From a virus, in the IMG/VR virus record IMGVR_UViG_3300021961_007031: 64,000 bases of DNA, one strand, 5' to 3'. The stretch's first letter is position 1. The number at the start of each line of letters is the position of its first letter. The notes under the pieces were generated by a model. It did not search any database. It saw only the letters and a program-made list of their open reading frames with translations, and was not told the origin of the DNA. Positions 47,998-57,479 of this stretch are shown here, piece after piece. The translations under genes and the position numbers were made by a program.

Positions 47998-49781
47998 ATG
48001 TTTATCTTTTCCAACCTCAATATGCAGTTGAAAGAAGAAAAGAAAACACTTATTGGTTGCCATACAGTGCAGGTTGTTTATGGACTTATGCTAACACGTT
48101 TCCTGAAGTACAGGAAAGGTACCAGTTAGCAGAGCTTGGTTTCAAGCGAGAAGATCCTCGTAACATTATTGAACGTATGAAAAAACAGCCGCCTGCTGTT
48201 TGCGGGTTTAGCTGTTATGTATGGAACGAAAAGTATTGTTTAAGCCTTGCCCAATTAGTAAAGCAAAACTTTCCAGATGTAAAAATAGTTTTTGGCGGCG
48301 CTCAAGCAAGCAATAGATTACTTGATTATCCATTTATAGACAGTGTTATCATTGCAGAAGGTGAAGAAAGTTTTGTTGACTTTTTAACTGCTGAAACTCC
48401 TAAACAGACATACAACAGACAGAGACTTACAAATTTAGAAATTCCCAGTCCCTATCTAACAGGTATATTCGATAAACTTATAGCAGAAAATCCTAACGCA
48501 CTTTGGAGTATGACATTTGAAACTAATAGGGGGTGTCCATACTCTTGTACATTTTGCGACTGGGGCGGAGTTACATACAGCAAGGTTAGACGATTAGAGT
48601 TAGACCGGATTACTAAAGATTTAGAGTGGGCAATAGGCAAGCCTATAAGTTACATTATCTGTGCAGATGCTAACTTTGGAATATTTAAAGAACGAGATTT
48701 AGAAATTGCACGTATACTAAGAAGAGTAGCTGATAGCAGTGGAGTAGAGGCTATAAATCTACAGTATGCTAAAAACAGCACAGAAATAGTTTTTCAGATA
48801 GCACAAATTATAGGAGAATATAGCAAAGGCGTTACAGTAAGTGTTCAAAGCATGCATGATGTTACCTTGGAAGCAATAAAAAGGAAAAACATGGATGTAA
48901 ACAAAATTGGAAATCTAATGGAACTCAGCAAGCAATACAATGTGGGCACCTACACTGAAGTAATACTTGGTTTGCCTGAGGAAACATTGAATAGTTGGTG
49001 TGAAGGTTTATGCAAATTACTAGAACTTGGCCAACATAACAGCATAGACATGTGGTTTGCCCAGTTACTAGAACGTAGCGAAATGGCTTCTCCTACTAGT
49101 ATAGAAAAATATAAAATTTCCCGAATTTCCAGTTCAGACTATTTTGCACTCTATAATAGCAATGACTATAAAGATATACAAGAGGAAATAGAACTTGTCA
49201 ATGGCACCAGTACTATGTCTCTAGAAGATATTGTGACTGGATACATGTACGGTTGGCTAATTATACAGTGGCACATAAGTGGCTACAGTCAACAAGTTGC
49301 AAAGACTGTAAGATATCAAAATGTTTCCTATAAAAAATATTACGATACATTGTTTAACATGGTACAGCAACATAAGATTTTTGGCAACCACTTCAAAGAA
49401 CTCAAAAGCCTTGTAACAACATATCTTAAACAAGGCAAGTTAGACATAGACGAAACTAAAAGTCATGGCCATAATATGCATTCTTTTAGTTATGAGTTTC
49501 TGTATAATAATAAACAAGCTGCCTACGACTTAGCAATAGAATGTGGAGAGCATTTTATTAATTTAACAGAATCTGATAAATTTACACAAAAACATTTTTT
49601 GTTTGACAAAGATACTAAGTATCCATTATATTGTAAAGACATTGTAATTAACCCACAACTACAAGACACCACAGATTTTGACTTTTATGCGCTTAGAAGA
49701 AAAAATCTTTTAAAAAATAATATTACCAAAAAGGAGATAACCAATGCCCATGCCAGAACGCATTACAGTACCAGCAGGTAG
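47976..49781 (+). CDS. B12-binding-domain radical SAM protein
   Basis: GFSCYVWN, FGG, GEGE-like AEGE, RGCPYSCTFC, DANFG. Confidence 0.85.
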   Translation: MENQTKLNVYLFQPQYAVERRKENTYWLPYSAGCLWTYANTFPEVQERYQLAELGFKREDPRNIIERMKKQPPAVCGFSCYVWNEKYCLSLAQLVKQNFPDVKIVFGGAQASNRLLDYPFIDSVIIAEGEESFVDFLTAETPKQTYNRQRLTNLEIPSPYLTGIFDKLIAENPNALWSMTFETNRGCPYSCTFCDWGGVTYSKVRRLELDRITKDLEWAIGKPISYIICADANFGIFKERDLEIARILRRVADSSGVEAINLQYAKNSTEIVFQIAQIIGEYSKGVTVSVQSMHDVTLEAIKRKNMDVNKIGNLMELSKQYNVGTYTEVILGLPEETLNSWCEGLCKLLELGQHNSIDMWFAQLLERSEMASPTSIEKYKISRISSSDYFALYNSNDYKDIQEEIELVNGTSTMSLEDIVTGYMYGWLIIQWHISGYSQQVAKTVRYQNVSYKKYYDTLFNMVQQHKIFGNHFKELKSLVTTYLKQGKLDIDETKSHGHNMHSFSYEFLYNNKQAAYDLAIECGEHFINLTESDKFTQKHFLFDKDTKYPLYCKDIVINPQLQDTTDFDFYALRRKNLLKNNITKKEITNAHARTHYSTSR

Positions 49782-49932
49782 AGACCCAAGTCGTAATCAT
49801 TTTTATGCTAGCCTAGTAAAAAGCATTGTGCGTTTAGGCGCATGTGCTGCACTGTTTACAGGCAATTTAGGTACAGCAGCAATCATGTTTGCAACTGCTG
49901 AAGTTATTGGCATTGCAGAAGAATTGGTATGA
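49744..49932 (+). CDS. small membrane protein
   Basis: AAGGAG SD; hydrophobic. Confidence 0.5.
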   Translation: MPMPERITVPAGRDPSRNHFYASLVKSIVRLGACAALFTGNLGTAAIMFATAEVIGIAEELV

Positions 49933-50636
49933 TTTTCCTTTTTGATGTAGACAATACAATAACCCCATATAGGGAACATATGACTCCTGAAATGGCTGAA
50001 ACACTGCTACAGTTACCCAACTTTAGTTTTGTTACAGGTAGTGATACACAAAAGACTATAGAGCAAGTAGGTTTGGATATCTTTAATCAAGCAGACTATA
50101 GTTTTAACTGTATAGCAAATGATGTATACAAAAAAGGCAAACCTTTTTATCGCAATAATTGGAAACCAAGTCGCCAATTCCATGCATTCCTAAATCAACT
50201 AGTAGACCTGAGTCCATACCCACACAACTATGAAAAAAATATAGAAGTTAGAACAGGTATGGTAAATTTTAGTACTGTTGGCCGCGGAGCAGTAGGACAA
50301 CAACGCAAAGACTACTATGAATGGGATTGTGAACATCGCGAAAGAGAGCAGCTATGCCAATTAGTAGAAAGACAATATCCTGATCTTACCGCTGTTATAG
50401 GTGGCGAGACAGGAATAGACATTTATCCCAAGGGCGCAGACAAGTCTCAATGCCTAAAACATTTTGCTGGGATGCCCGTACATTTCTTTGGTGATGCATG
50501 CCAGCCTGGCGGCAATGATTATTGTATAGCGCATGCTTTGAGTGGTAGAAGTGATTGTATTGTAAGTCATGTCAAGGATTGGACAGAAACATGGGAAATA
50601 CTCCAAAAATATACGAATCCCCAGACGGCGGCCTAA
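49929..50636 (+). CDS. HAD-IIB phosphomannomutase-like protein
   Basis: FDVDNT, VTGSD, RTGMVNFS, FFGD..GGND. Confidence 0.82.
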   Translation: MIFLFDVDNTITPYREHMTPEMAETLLQLPNFSFVTGSDTQKTIEQVGLDIFNQADYSFNCIANDVYKKGKPFYRNNWKPSRQFHAFLNQLVDLSPYPHNYEKNIEVRTGMVNFSTVGRGAVGQQRKDYYEWDCEHREREQLCQLVERQYPDLTAVIGGETGIDIYPKGADKSQCLKHFAGMPVHFFGDACQPGGNDYCIAHALSGRSDCIVSHVKDWTETWEILQKYTNPQTAA

Positions 50637-50845
50637 CTGTCTATGAACGAGACTTGGGTGCAGATCCTAGCACAAGAACTCCAGTGAAACAAATTTTTAA
50701 AACACACCCACATCCCCTAGCAGCAACTTGGCAAAGGATAGAACTTATTGAAAAATATCCAGAACTTAAAGCCAAGTGGGAAGAGTACATAGAACTAGAA
50801 CAACATTACATAGCATGGGATATTCTTTCTAAGAAAAACGATTAA
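50591..50845 (+). CDS. hypothetical protein
   Basis: IYESPDGGLTVYER. Confidence 0.55.
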   Translation: MGNTPKIYESPDGGLTVYERDLGADPSTRTPVKQIFKTHPHPLAATWQRIELIEKYPELKAKWEEYIELEQHYIAWDILSKKND

Positions 50846-51585
50846 TGACTGATACTTTATTAATCACAATTGGCGAAAGTTGGACATGGGGTGAAAGTCT
50901 TGAAGAAAAAGGCTTAGATAGATTAAAAACTATATTCGGCTATCATTTGTCAAACATGTTAAATGCACAATGGCAAAATATAGCATTGAGCGGTGCTAGC
51001 AATGCGTGGATTGCTAAACAATATAATGATTGTATTAATAAAACCTACGATTACAAAAACGTTATAATAGTTTGCACTCTAACAGAAGTAGGAAGAGATT
51101 TTAATGTTCCTGAATTTGACAACAATAGAAACTATTTTGCTGACTTAGAAGTAACAGAAACTTTACAAGATGTGCAAAATTTACAAAGCAAATGGGTAGA
51201 AACACAATTTGCAAAGTTTAAATATACTTCCCTTTTCGCAACTAATTTTGTAGATAGTAACTATCCTAATTTGCCAACATTGGATAAATCATGGATAGAT
51301 TTAATAGGTGAACATATAGGAATTAAACCTCCAACTAACACATATACGGTAAACAGTTGGGCATTTGACAAACTATTAACAGCAACAAACTTTAAAAATT
51401 ATGATTACGAAGTTTGGATTAAATCTGTATTACAAGAATTTAAAAAAGCAGAAGCATTAACAGAATGGTTAATTAACAGCCCACTAAATTTTAAAGTTGG
51501 TAGTAAACATCCTACGCCCGAAGCACATTACTTATGGGCTGAATACCTATACAATCAGATACAAAAACGGTTGACTAATTTCTAA
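50845..51585 (+). CDS. SGNH-like protein
   Basis: IGESWTWG, GASN, KHPTPEAH. Confidence 0.6.
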   Translation: MTDTLLITIGESWTWGESLEEKGLDRLKTIFGYHLSNMLNAQWQNIALSGASNAWIAKQYNDCINKTYDYKNVIIVCTLTEVGRDFNVPEFDNNRNYFADLEVTETLQDVQNLQSKWVETQFAKFKYTSLFATNFVDSNYPNLPTLDKSWIDLIGEHIGIKPPTNTYTVNSWAFDKLLTATNFKNYDYEVWIKSVLQEFKKAEALTEWLINSPLNFKVGSKHPTPEAHYLWAEYLYNQIQKRLTNF

Positions 51586-51598
51586 CATATGTTAATAT
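51571..51598 (+). promoter_or_regulatory. sigma70-like promoter
   Basis: TTGACT-N16-TAATAT with TG. Confidence 0.5.
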
Positions 51599-51623
51599 TA
51601 CTGTTAGAAAGGTGTGATATTCT

Positions 51624-54600
51624 ATGAAAAAGTCGTTCTTCTTTGCGCTATTAGCGTCTATGTTGATCTTATCTGCTTGCCAAGGCGGCGGTGGTGATGC
51701 TATAAAGAAAAGGTTGGATCCACCACCAGAAGAACCAGTAAAACCTACACCACCTACTAATCCTAAACCACCGACTGATCCTCTTCCTCCATCAGTTTCT
51801 CCTTTAGCAGAAATTAGCGATGCGTTAAAGGAGTTGAAAGATAAAATAGAAGAGACAACTACTTCAGCAACTGTTCAGGCTATACTCAATCCTGATGATG
51901 AAGACCGACAGGATGCCAGGGAATTTGTTGTTATAATAGATAATGTATTGAACGAATGGAATACATACAAAAGAAGAATAGATGGCAATTTACTTTTAGC
52001 AAAAATGAACTCTTCTGAATGGCGCGAAGCAGAGGCAGTAATAAAAATTATTAGCGACTTACGGCCCAAATTTGACAATGTAGCAAATGGCGGAAGATAT
52101 GACACAGATGACTTTGAATTTTTGCTTACTGACGCAGCACTTGAACAAAGGATAGAACAGGAAAAAGCACAGATTCCAGTAATAGATAGGGGTTCATCTA
52201 CAGTTAGTTCAGTGGAGATAAGCAATGTTTCCGATGACATTGTTGAAACTTTGCCTGATATTATAGAAGATATTAACCTTGTGCGTAGCGGAGGTACCAG
52301 TATTAACGATCTAATACGCAAACATACATTTACTAGAGTTATAAAAGAACACAAAAGGTCAATACATAGAACAACTATTACTACTCAAAATGTTACAACT
52401 ATCAACTACACTGATGGCTCACCTCCTACTATAATTGTTTCTACACCAAGATCAGTGACCAATGAAACATCAACTGGCATAGTTACTGAAAAATCAAGAG
52501 AGGATATCGAGGAAGTAGTACCTTATACTACAAGACAGGAAGATACAGTAGTAACTGTAAGACAAGGCCGGCCTGAAGTTGTTGTAGAAAATACTGACCG
52601 TGTAGAAACTACTACAAATCCTGATGGTAGTATACTAAACACTACTATAAGGCGATCAGTTACCACTACAACTACGCCGGTTATCACTGAAACTATTAAC
52701 CCTAACATTACTGTATATGAGTATACAGATGGTCATAGGTTTAGTCATAACGATGGTGATATGGATATCTCAAGAAGTATAGAAAATATAGTTGATGTTG
52801 TTACTAATGAAACTATAGTACAAACTACAACTGAACATATAGTAGCATCAGAAACTACAACTAATGAAGTTGTAACACAAGTAACTGAATCTGATCCTGT
52901 ATTTGCAACTACATATGAAGACAGGACTACAACCTCTACTTCTAACAATATTGAAACAACTACAGTTACAAGGTATTATACAACTACTGCTACTGTAACA
53001 ACCACAACTACTACAAGTACCACACCTGTAACAGTACAAACATGGACAGATGGTAGAACTGATACCATTAGAGGCGAAACAGTAGTTACAGTAACAACAT
53101 CTGATACAGTGCAAACAGATAATTGGAATGTTGTAGTGAGTACTACTACACGAGAAGTAGAAGTTGTAAATGATGACGATCCCAATATGGGAACTCGTAC
53201 AGCAGGATATAATCCTGATCCTGTAAGTTATCGCACAACTGAATTTGCTGGTACAAGTGGCACAAACTACAAGTTAGCAATTAACGCAGATGTTGCTTAC
53301 TCTCGTGGTTGGACTGGCAAAGGTAGTTTGATCACCATTGCTGATACAGGATGGGATAGAGATCATCCTGATCTAGTTGGTGCAGTTAAGCATGAGTTTA
53401 ACACAATGACTAACGATACTACATTTATGGATGATAATGTAGGACACGGCAGTCATGTAATGGGAATTGCTGCCGGCCGTAAAAACGGATTAGGCACACA
53501 TGGTGTTGCATTTGATGCTGATGTTGCTGTAGCAAAAATTTCAGATAGTACTGGTTATAGTTTCCAAAGGGCTCTGGTTGCAGCAGCCTGGGCAAGAGAT
53601 CTTGGAAGTGTGGCTTTTAATGTTAGTGCAAACTATGCGGAAGACTTAGCATTCCAATACAGCATAACTGAATCAGGCACAAGAGGACTCAAGTACAGCA
53701 ACCATTACTACTATGGTGTAAACGGGTATAATGGCAGTGTAGTAGAGGCTCCATTATGGGCTACTGCATTAGGCAGCAATCAAATACTTGTTAACAGTGC
53801 AGGTAATTTGCGTAAGGACTATGTAAGTGGTAGTGCACAAATGGCTCACGCAACTGATGCAAATGGTAACCTAATATTAGGTGGCCGTATGATAATTGTT
53901 GGGTCATATGATACAGTTAATCAGCAGGTTGCAAGTTATAGCAACAAGGCTGGTACTGTGTGTGCAACCTGGGACTTCACAAACAATGTATGTAAAGACG
54001 CTGCTCGAGCAAGTGACTTTTACATTCTTGCTCCAGGTGACAATATCCAGAGTGCATACAAAGATGGAACTGACAGATTAATGAGTGGTACATCAATGGC
54101 TGCACCAGTTGTAACAGGTGCTATTGGTATCATACATCAGATGTGGCCACACATGATGGGTGCTAACCTTGTTCAACTATTACTTCTTACAGCAGACAAG
54201 GATCTTCCTGGATATGATGTAACTGTACACGGGCAGGGTTTGCTTGACTTGGACAAAGCAACGCAACCCGTGGGCGCCACAGGCATTCCTACAACAGGAC
54301 GCACAAGCGGTGCCATTGCTAACATTGAAACACTTAGCGGCGGCGCAGGCGTAGGCACTGTAAGCACAGATGCGTTCGCTGCATTAAGCAATGTAGCAGT
54401 GTTAGATAGTTTTGAGCGTGACTTTAGTGTAGACCTAAACAATGCTCAAGCAGTCGACACTCGTCCTGGATCACAAGTTGAAACTTTAAGTTTTGGAGGA
54501 ACCTATGACGGTTATTGGAATCTTGCTGGTGGTAGCGAAAAGTATATCATTAATGATGATCTCATAACCAGTTTTAAGTTTGATGAAGAAAACCAACTTA

Positions 54601-55205
54601 AAGGAGATTGGGGTTTAAGACTAGCATATGTACTAGTAGACAACTCAAGCACACAATTTGTTGCTAGCATTGGAATGGTTAAGGAAACAGACAAGTTCCT
54701 TAATAACACGCAACAAGGTTTTATGGGTGTTGGCAAAACACACATAACAAACTATGCTGGTGTAAATGTAAACCATAAGTTTGATGACAATTGGTTTGCA
54801 TTTGGTAACCTACAGTTAGGATTAACTGATGTTGAAAAGTCCAAAGAGTTTAGCCTAGTTACCGGTTACACTGACCTTGTAAGCAATAGTTGGGGCATTG
54901 GTGCTGGTTACCAGTTCGATAATGGATGGACGGTAGGCGCCAACTTTAGTCAGCCAATGGCTATTAGCAGTGGTAAAATGAACTACAAAGTGCCAGTAGG
55001 ACGCACACTTGACGGCGATGTATTATTCAATGAAGGAAGTGCAGATGCAAGTACGAAATATATTGAATATGACACTGGTCTTTTTGTAAAATATAACTTA
55101 AACGATATGTCAGTTGCTGGCTATGCTGAACATCGAGCAAATGTAGCCGGTATAAAAAATAACAACGAAGTGAATGTTGGTATTAAAGTAGACATTAAAT
55201 TTTAA
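51624..55205 (+). CDS. lipoprotein subtilisin (S8) protease with Thr-rich stalk and autotransporter-like C-terminal beta-barrel
   Basis: Lipobox LSAC; ADTG, HGSHVMG, GTSMAAP triad; amphipathic beta C-terminus ending in F. Confidence 0.85.
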   Translation: MKKSFFFALLASMLILSACQGGGGDAIKKRLDPPPEEPVKPTPPTNPKPPTDPLPPSVSPLAEISDALKELKDKIEETTTSATVQAILNPDDEDRQDAREFVVIIDNVLNEWNTYKRRIDGNLLLAKMNSSEWREAEAVIKIISDLRPKFDNVANGGRYDTDDFEFLLTDAALEQRIEQEKAQIPVIDRGSSTVSSVEISNVSDDIVETLPDIIEDINLVRSGGTSINDLIRKHTFTRVIKEHKRSIHRTTITTQNVTTINYTDGSPPTIIVSTPRSVTNETSTGIVTEKSREDIEEVVPYTTRQEDTVVTVRQGRPEVVVENTDRVETTTNPDGSILNTTIRRSVTTTTTPVITETINPNITVYEYTDGHRFSHNDGDMDISRSIENIVDVVTNETIVQTTTEHIVASETTTNEVVTQVTESDPVFATTYEDRTTTSTSNNIETTTVTRYYTTTATVTTTTTTSTTPVTVQTWTDGRTDTIRGETVVTVTTSDTVQTDNWNVVVSTTTREVEVVNDDDPNMGTRTAGYNPDPVSYRTTEFAGTSGTNYKLAINADVAYSRGWTGKGSLITIADTGWDRDHPDLVGAVKHEFNTMTNDTTFMDDNVGHGSHVMGIAAGRKNGLGTHGVAFDADVAVAKISDSTGYSFQRALVAAAWARDLGSVAFNVSANYAEDLAFQYSITESGTRGLKYSNHYYYGVNGYNGSVVEAPLWATALGSNQILVNSAGNLRKDYVSGSAQMAHATDANGNLILGGRMIIVGSYDTVNQQVASYSNKAGTVCATWDFTNNVCKDAARASDFYILAPGDNIQSAYKDGTDRLMSGTSMAAPVVTGAIGIIHQMWPHMMGANLVQLLLLTADKDLPGYDVTVHGQGLLDLDKATQPVGATGIPTTGRTSGAIANIETLSGGAGVGTVSTDAFAALSNVAVLDSFERDFSVDLNNAQAVDTRPGSQVETLSFGGTYDGYWNLAGGSEKYIINDDLITSFKFDEENQLKGDWGLRLAYVLVDNSSTQFVASIGMVKETDKFLNNTQQGFMGVGKTHITNYAGVNVNHKFDDNWFAFGNLQLGLTDVEKSKEFSLVTGYTDLVSNSWGIGAGYQFDNGWTVGANFSQPMAISSGKMNYKVPVGRTLDGDVLFNEGSADASTKYIEYDTGLFVKYNLNDMSVAGYAEHRANVAGIKNNNEVNVGIKVDIKF

Positions 55206-55216
55206 GGAGTTATAGG

Positions 55217-55657
55217 TTGAGCCTAACTAAACTAACATATGAAAATGTAGAAGCATTAGAGTTCGACGTAAGTCATGATCCGGTGCGTCCAGAACTTTCA
55301 CTAGACTTTAGGTTAAGTGCTGGGCGAGAGATCTATGTATTGGAAGAGGATGGAAAATATCGTGCAGCAATATGTGTAGCCTATACAAACGAAGTTCCTA
55401 CTACTGTAAAGGAACTAGATCAGTTTAGTGTTGAAAATGGATCTATTGCTATTGCTTACACAGTATGGAGTAAAGCACCACGAGCTGGCAGAACCATTGT
55501 TTTCGAATTACTGGATTTATGCAGAGAAAAAGAAGGGATCAAACGTCTAGTTACATTGAGTCCAAAAACTGACATGGCTAGACGATTCCATCTAAATAAC
55601 GGAGCAGTTACTTTGCAGAACAATACTGCAACTGATAACTATGAATATAGCCTATGA
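55217..55657 (+). CDS. GNAT-like hypothetical protein
   Basis: YTVWS..RAGR..VTLSP..RFHLNNGA. Confidence 0.5.
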   Translation: MSLTKLTYENVEALEFDVSHDPVRPELSLDFRLSAGREIYVLEEDGKYRAAICVAYTNEVPTTVKELDQFSVENGSIAIAYTVWSKAPRAGRTIVFELLDLCREKEGIKRLVTLSPKTDMARRFHLNNGAVTLQNNTATDNYEYSL

Positions 55658-56091
55658 AATTTTTCAAAGACAGGAAAAGAATTATACTTGACAGAGTTGG
55701 TCAAAAGCCCTATTTGGTTAGGTATTATCTATTCCTAAAAGATCGCAAATGGTTTCCATTTAACATCTTTTTGCACAAGTTTTTACAAGGGGATCCAGAT
55801 GAACTTCATGATCATCCGTGGCCCTACTTTACACTTATACTACGAGGCGGTTACTGGGAGACTACACCCCAAGGACGGTTTTGGCGTGGTCCAGGACACA
55901 TGCGTATAAGTGGACCAAAAAGTCTACATCGTGTAGAATTAAAGCCTGGAACAAATGCATGGACTCTTTTTATCCCTGGCCCAAAACTTCGCGAATGGGG
56001 TTTTATTGTAAATGGCAAATGGGTGCATAATGAGAAGTATTTTGCATGGAGAAAGCAGAAGGTAAGAGATGAAAAAACTGTATCTATCTGA
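55654..56091 (+). CDS. cupin-fold protein
   Basis: LHDHPW..GGYWE..HRVEL. Confidence 0.6.
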   Translation: MKFFKDRKRIILDRVGQKPYLVRYYLFLKDRKWFPFNIFLHKFLQGDPDELHDHPWPYFTLILRGGYWETTPQGRFWRGPGHMRISGPKSLHRVELKPGTNAWTLFIPGPKLREWGFIVNGKWVHNEKYFAWRKQKVRDEKTVSI

Positions 56092-56617
56092 CAAACAAAT
56101 TCAAAAGGGCGTGCATGACATTGTACGCCAAATGTATCGTCATAACTGGCGTCCTGATTACATTGTAGGCATTACAAGAGGTGGATTGATTCCTGCCGTA
56201 ATGATGAGTCATCTAACAGGCATTCGAATGGAAACAATTGATGTCAGGTTAAGAGACTCTGACAACAGTCCCGAACATGCACTGTGGATGGCTGAAGATG
56301 CGTATGGATATGATGACAAAGACTACTACGATCCTGCAATGGGACACAATAAAACATCTGAAGGAAAGCGTAAAAAGATTCTTATTGTAGACGACATCAA
56401 TGACACTGGTGCTACATTTCAATGGATCAAAGAAGATTGGCAATCAAGTTGTATGCCACGTGATCCAAGTTGGAATAATATTTGGGGCAGTAATGTAAGA
56501 TTTGCTACTATAGTAAATAATCTTGCAAGCCCTTTTGAAATCAATTATACTAGTATTGAAATCAACAAAGCAGAAGAAGACACATGGGTTGTATTTCCAT
56601 ATGAGGAGTGGTGGTAA
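56069..56617 (+). CDS. type I phosphoribosyltransferase (Gpt-like)
   Basis: GITRGG, ILIVDDINDTGAT, WVVFPYE. Confidence 0.88.
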   Translation: MKKLYLSDKQIQKGVHDIVRQMYRHNWRPDYIVGITRGGLIPAVMMSHLTGIRMETIDVRLRDSDNSPEHALWMAEDAYGYDDKDYYDPAMGHNKTSEGKRKKILIVDDINDTGATFQWIKEDWQSSCMPRDPSWNNIWGSNVRFATIVNNLASPFEINYTSIEINKAEEDTWVVFPYEEWW

Positions 56618-56802
56618 TGCCCAAAGCAAAATATTCACCGTGCATCAGCGTATGCACAATAGGCGACGATGGTTACTGTTTAGGTTGTGCTCGTACACCT
56701 AAAGAAATAAGAGGCTGGCGAGACCTTACAGAAGAAGAACAATTAGACGGTATTGAAATGTTGCGTGAAAGACAATTTGAAAGAGCTAACAAAGGAAATT
56801 AA
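56617..56802 (+). CDS. DUF1289-like small Cys protein
   Basis: SPCISVC..CLGCART..EI..W. Confidence 0.75.
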   Translation: MPKAKYSPCISVCTIGDDGYCLGCARTPKEIRGWRDLTEEEQLDGIEMLRERQFERANKGN

Positions 56803-56807
56803 AACTT

Positions 56808-57377
56808 ATGTTTACTGAATATAAAGATTGGATTACAAACGGCAAACATTCAGAGGTGCTTGGAGAACTAATTCTTAGAGCAAGATGGAAATTTGGTCAA
56901 GTAAGTGATAATGAAATTGAACCAAACTTTCCAATGTGGTTTCAAAATTTTTATGATCCACGTTCCAAAGCATGGGGCACTGACGTGCCTGAAGTTGCTA
57001 AGGAGTTAACTGAAGAATTTATGAAACTTGTTCCTGAAAATTATATTCTTGTACGGAGTATGGCAAGTGCAAATACATTTGGGTTGGATGGAGACTGGCA
57101 CACTGACTGGCCTGACCCTGATACAAGTATTACTGGCGTTTTGTATACAGACAGAAATTGGGAAAGAAATTGGGGAGGTGAAACAGTATTTGTAGATGCT
57201 GATGGTAAAATGGTCGCAAGTGAGTATGAGCCTCGTAAATTAATTACCTTTGATGGCAGCATTCCACACATCGGCAAAGGGCCGCAACGCCGTTGCAAAG
57301 AAATGCGTAGTATTCTAGCATTTCAAGCAGTGGACGGAGATGTTCTCGAAAAAAGAATGCAACTTAATCTCAAATGA
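56808..57377 (+). CDS. 2OG-Fe(II) oxygenase
   Basis: WHTD, WGGET, IPH, R. Confidence 0.8.
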   Translation: MFTEYKDWITNGKHSEVLGELILRARWKFGQVSDNEIEPNFPMWFQNFYDPRSKAWGTDVPEVAKELTEEFMKLVPENYILVRSMASANTFGLDGDWHTDWPDPDTSITGVLYTDRNWERNWGGETVFVDADGKMVASEYEPRKLITFDGSIPHIGKGPQRRCKEMRSILAFQAVDGDVLEKRMQLNLK

Positions 57378-57380
57378 ATG

Positions 57381-57409
57381 TTGACTCGTCTAAATAAGTG
57401 TAGTATTAT
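57381..57409 (+). promoter_or_regulatory. composite promoter of queD
   Basis: TTGACT-N17-TATTAT with CGTCTAAATAA (57387-57397) in the spacer. Confidence 0.75.
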
Positions 57410-57415
57410 ATTAGC

Positions 57416-57472
57416 AAGAGGTCTAAAGTGTTCGTCCCTCTATAAACATTCCGCACACTCTTATCAAGGAGT
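57416..57472 (+). ncRNA. candidate preQ1-I-like riboswitch in the queD leader
   Basis: AGAGG-U..C-CCUCU-AUAAA core; loop AGUGUU can pair with tail AACAUU; ACUCUU/AGGAGU anti-SD hairpin. Confidence 0.5.
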
Positions 57473-57479
57473 ATAAACT

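Noticed and set aside
52360-53170. Thr-rich region as a tandem DNA repeat
   Set aside because: It is a low-complexity protein stalk without exact nucleotide repeat units.
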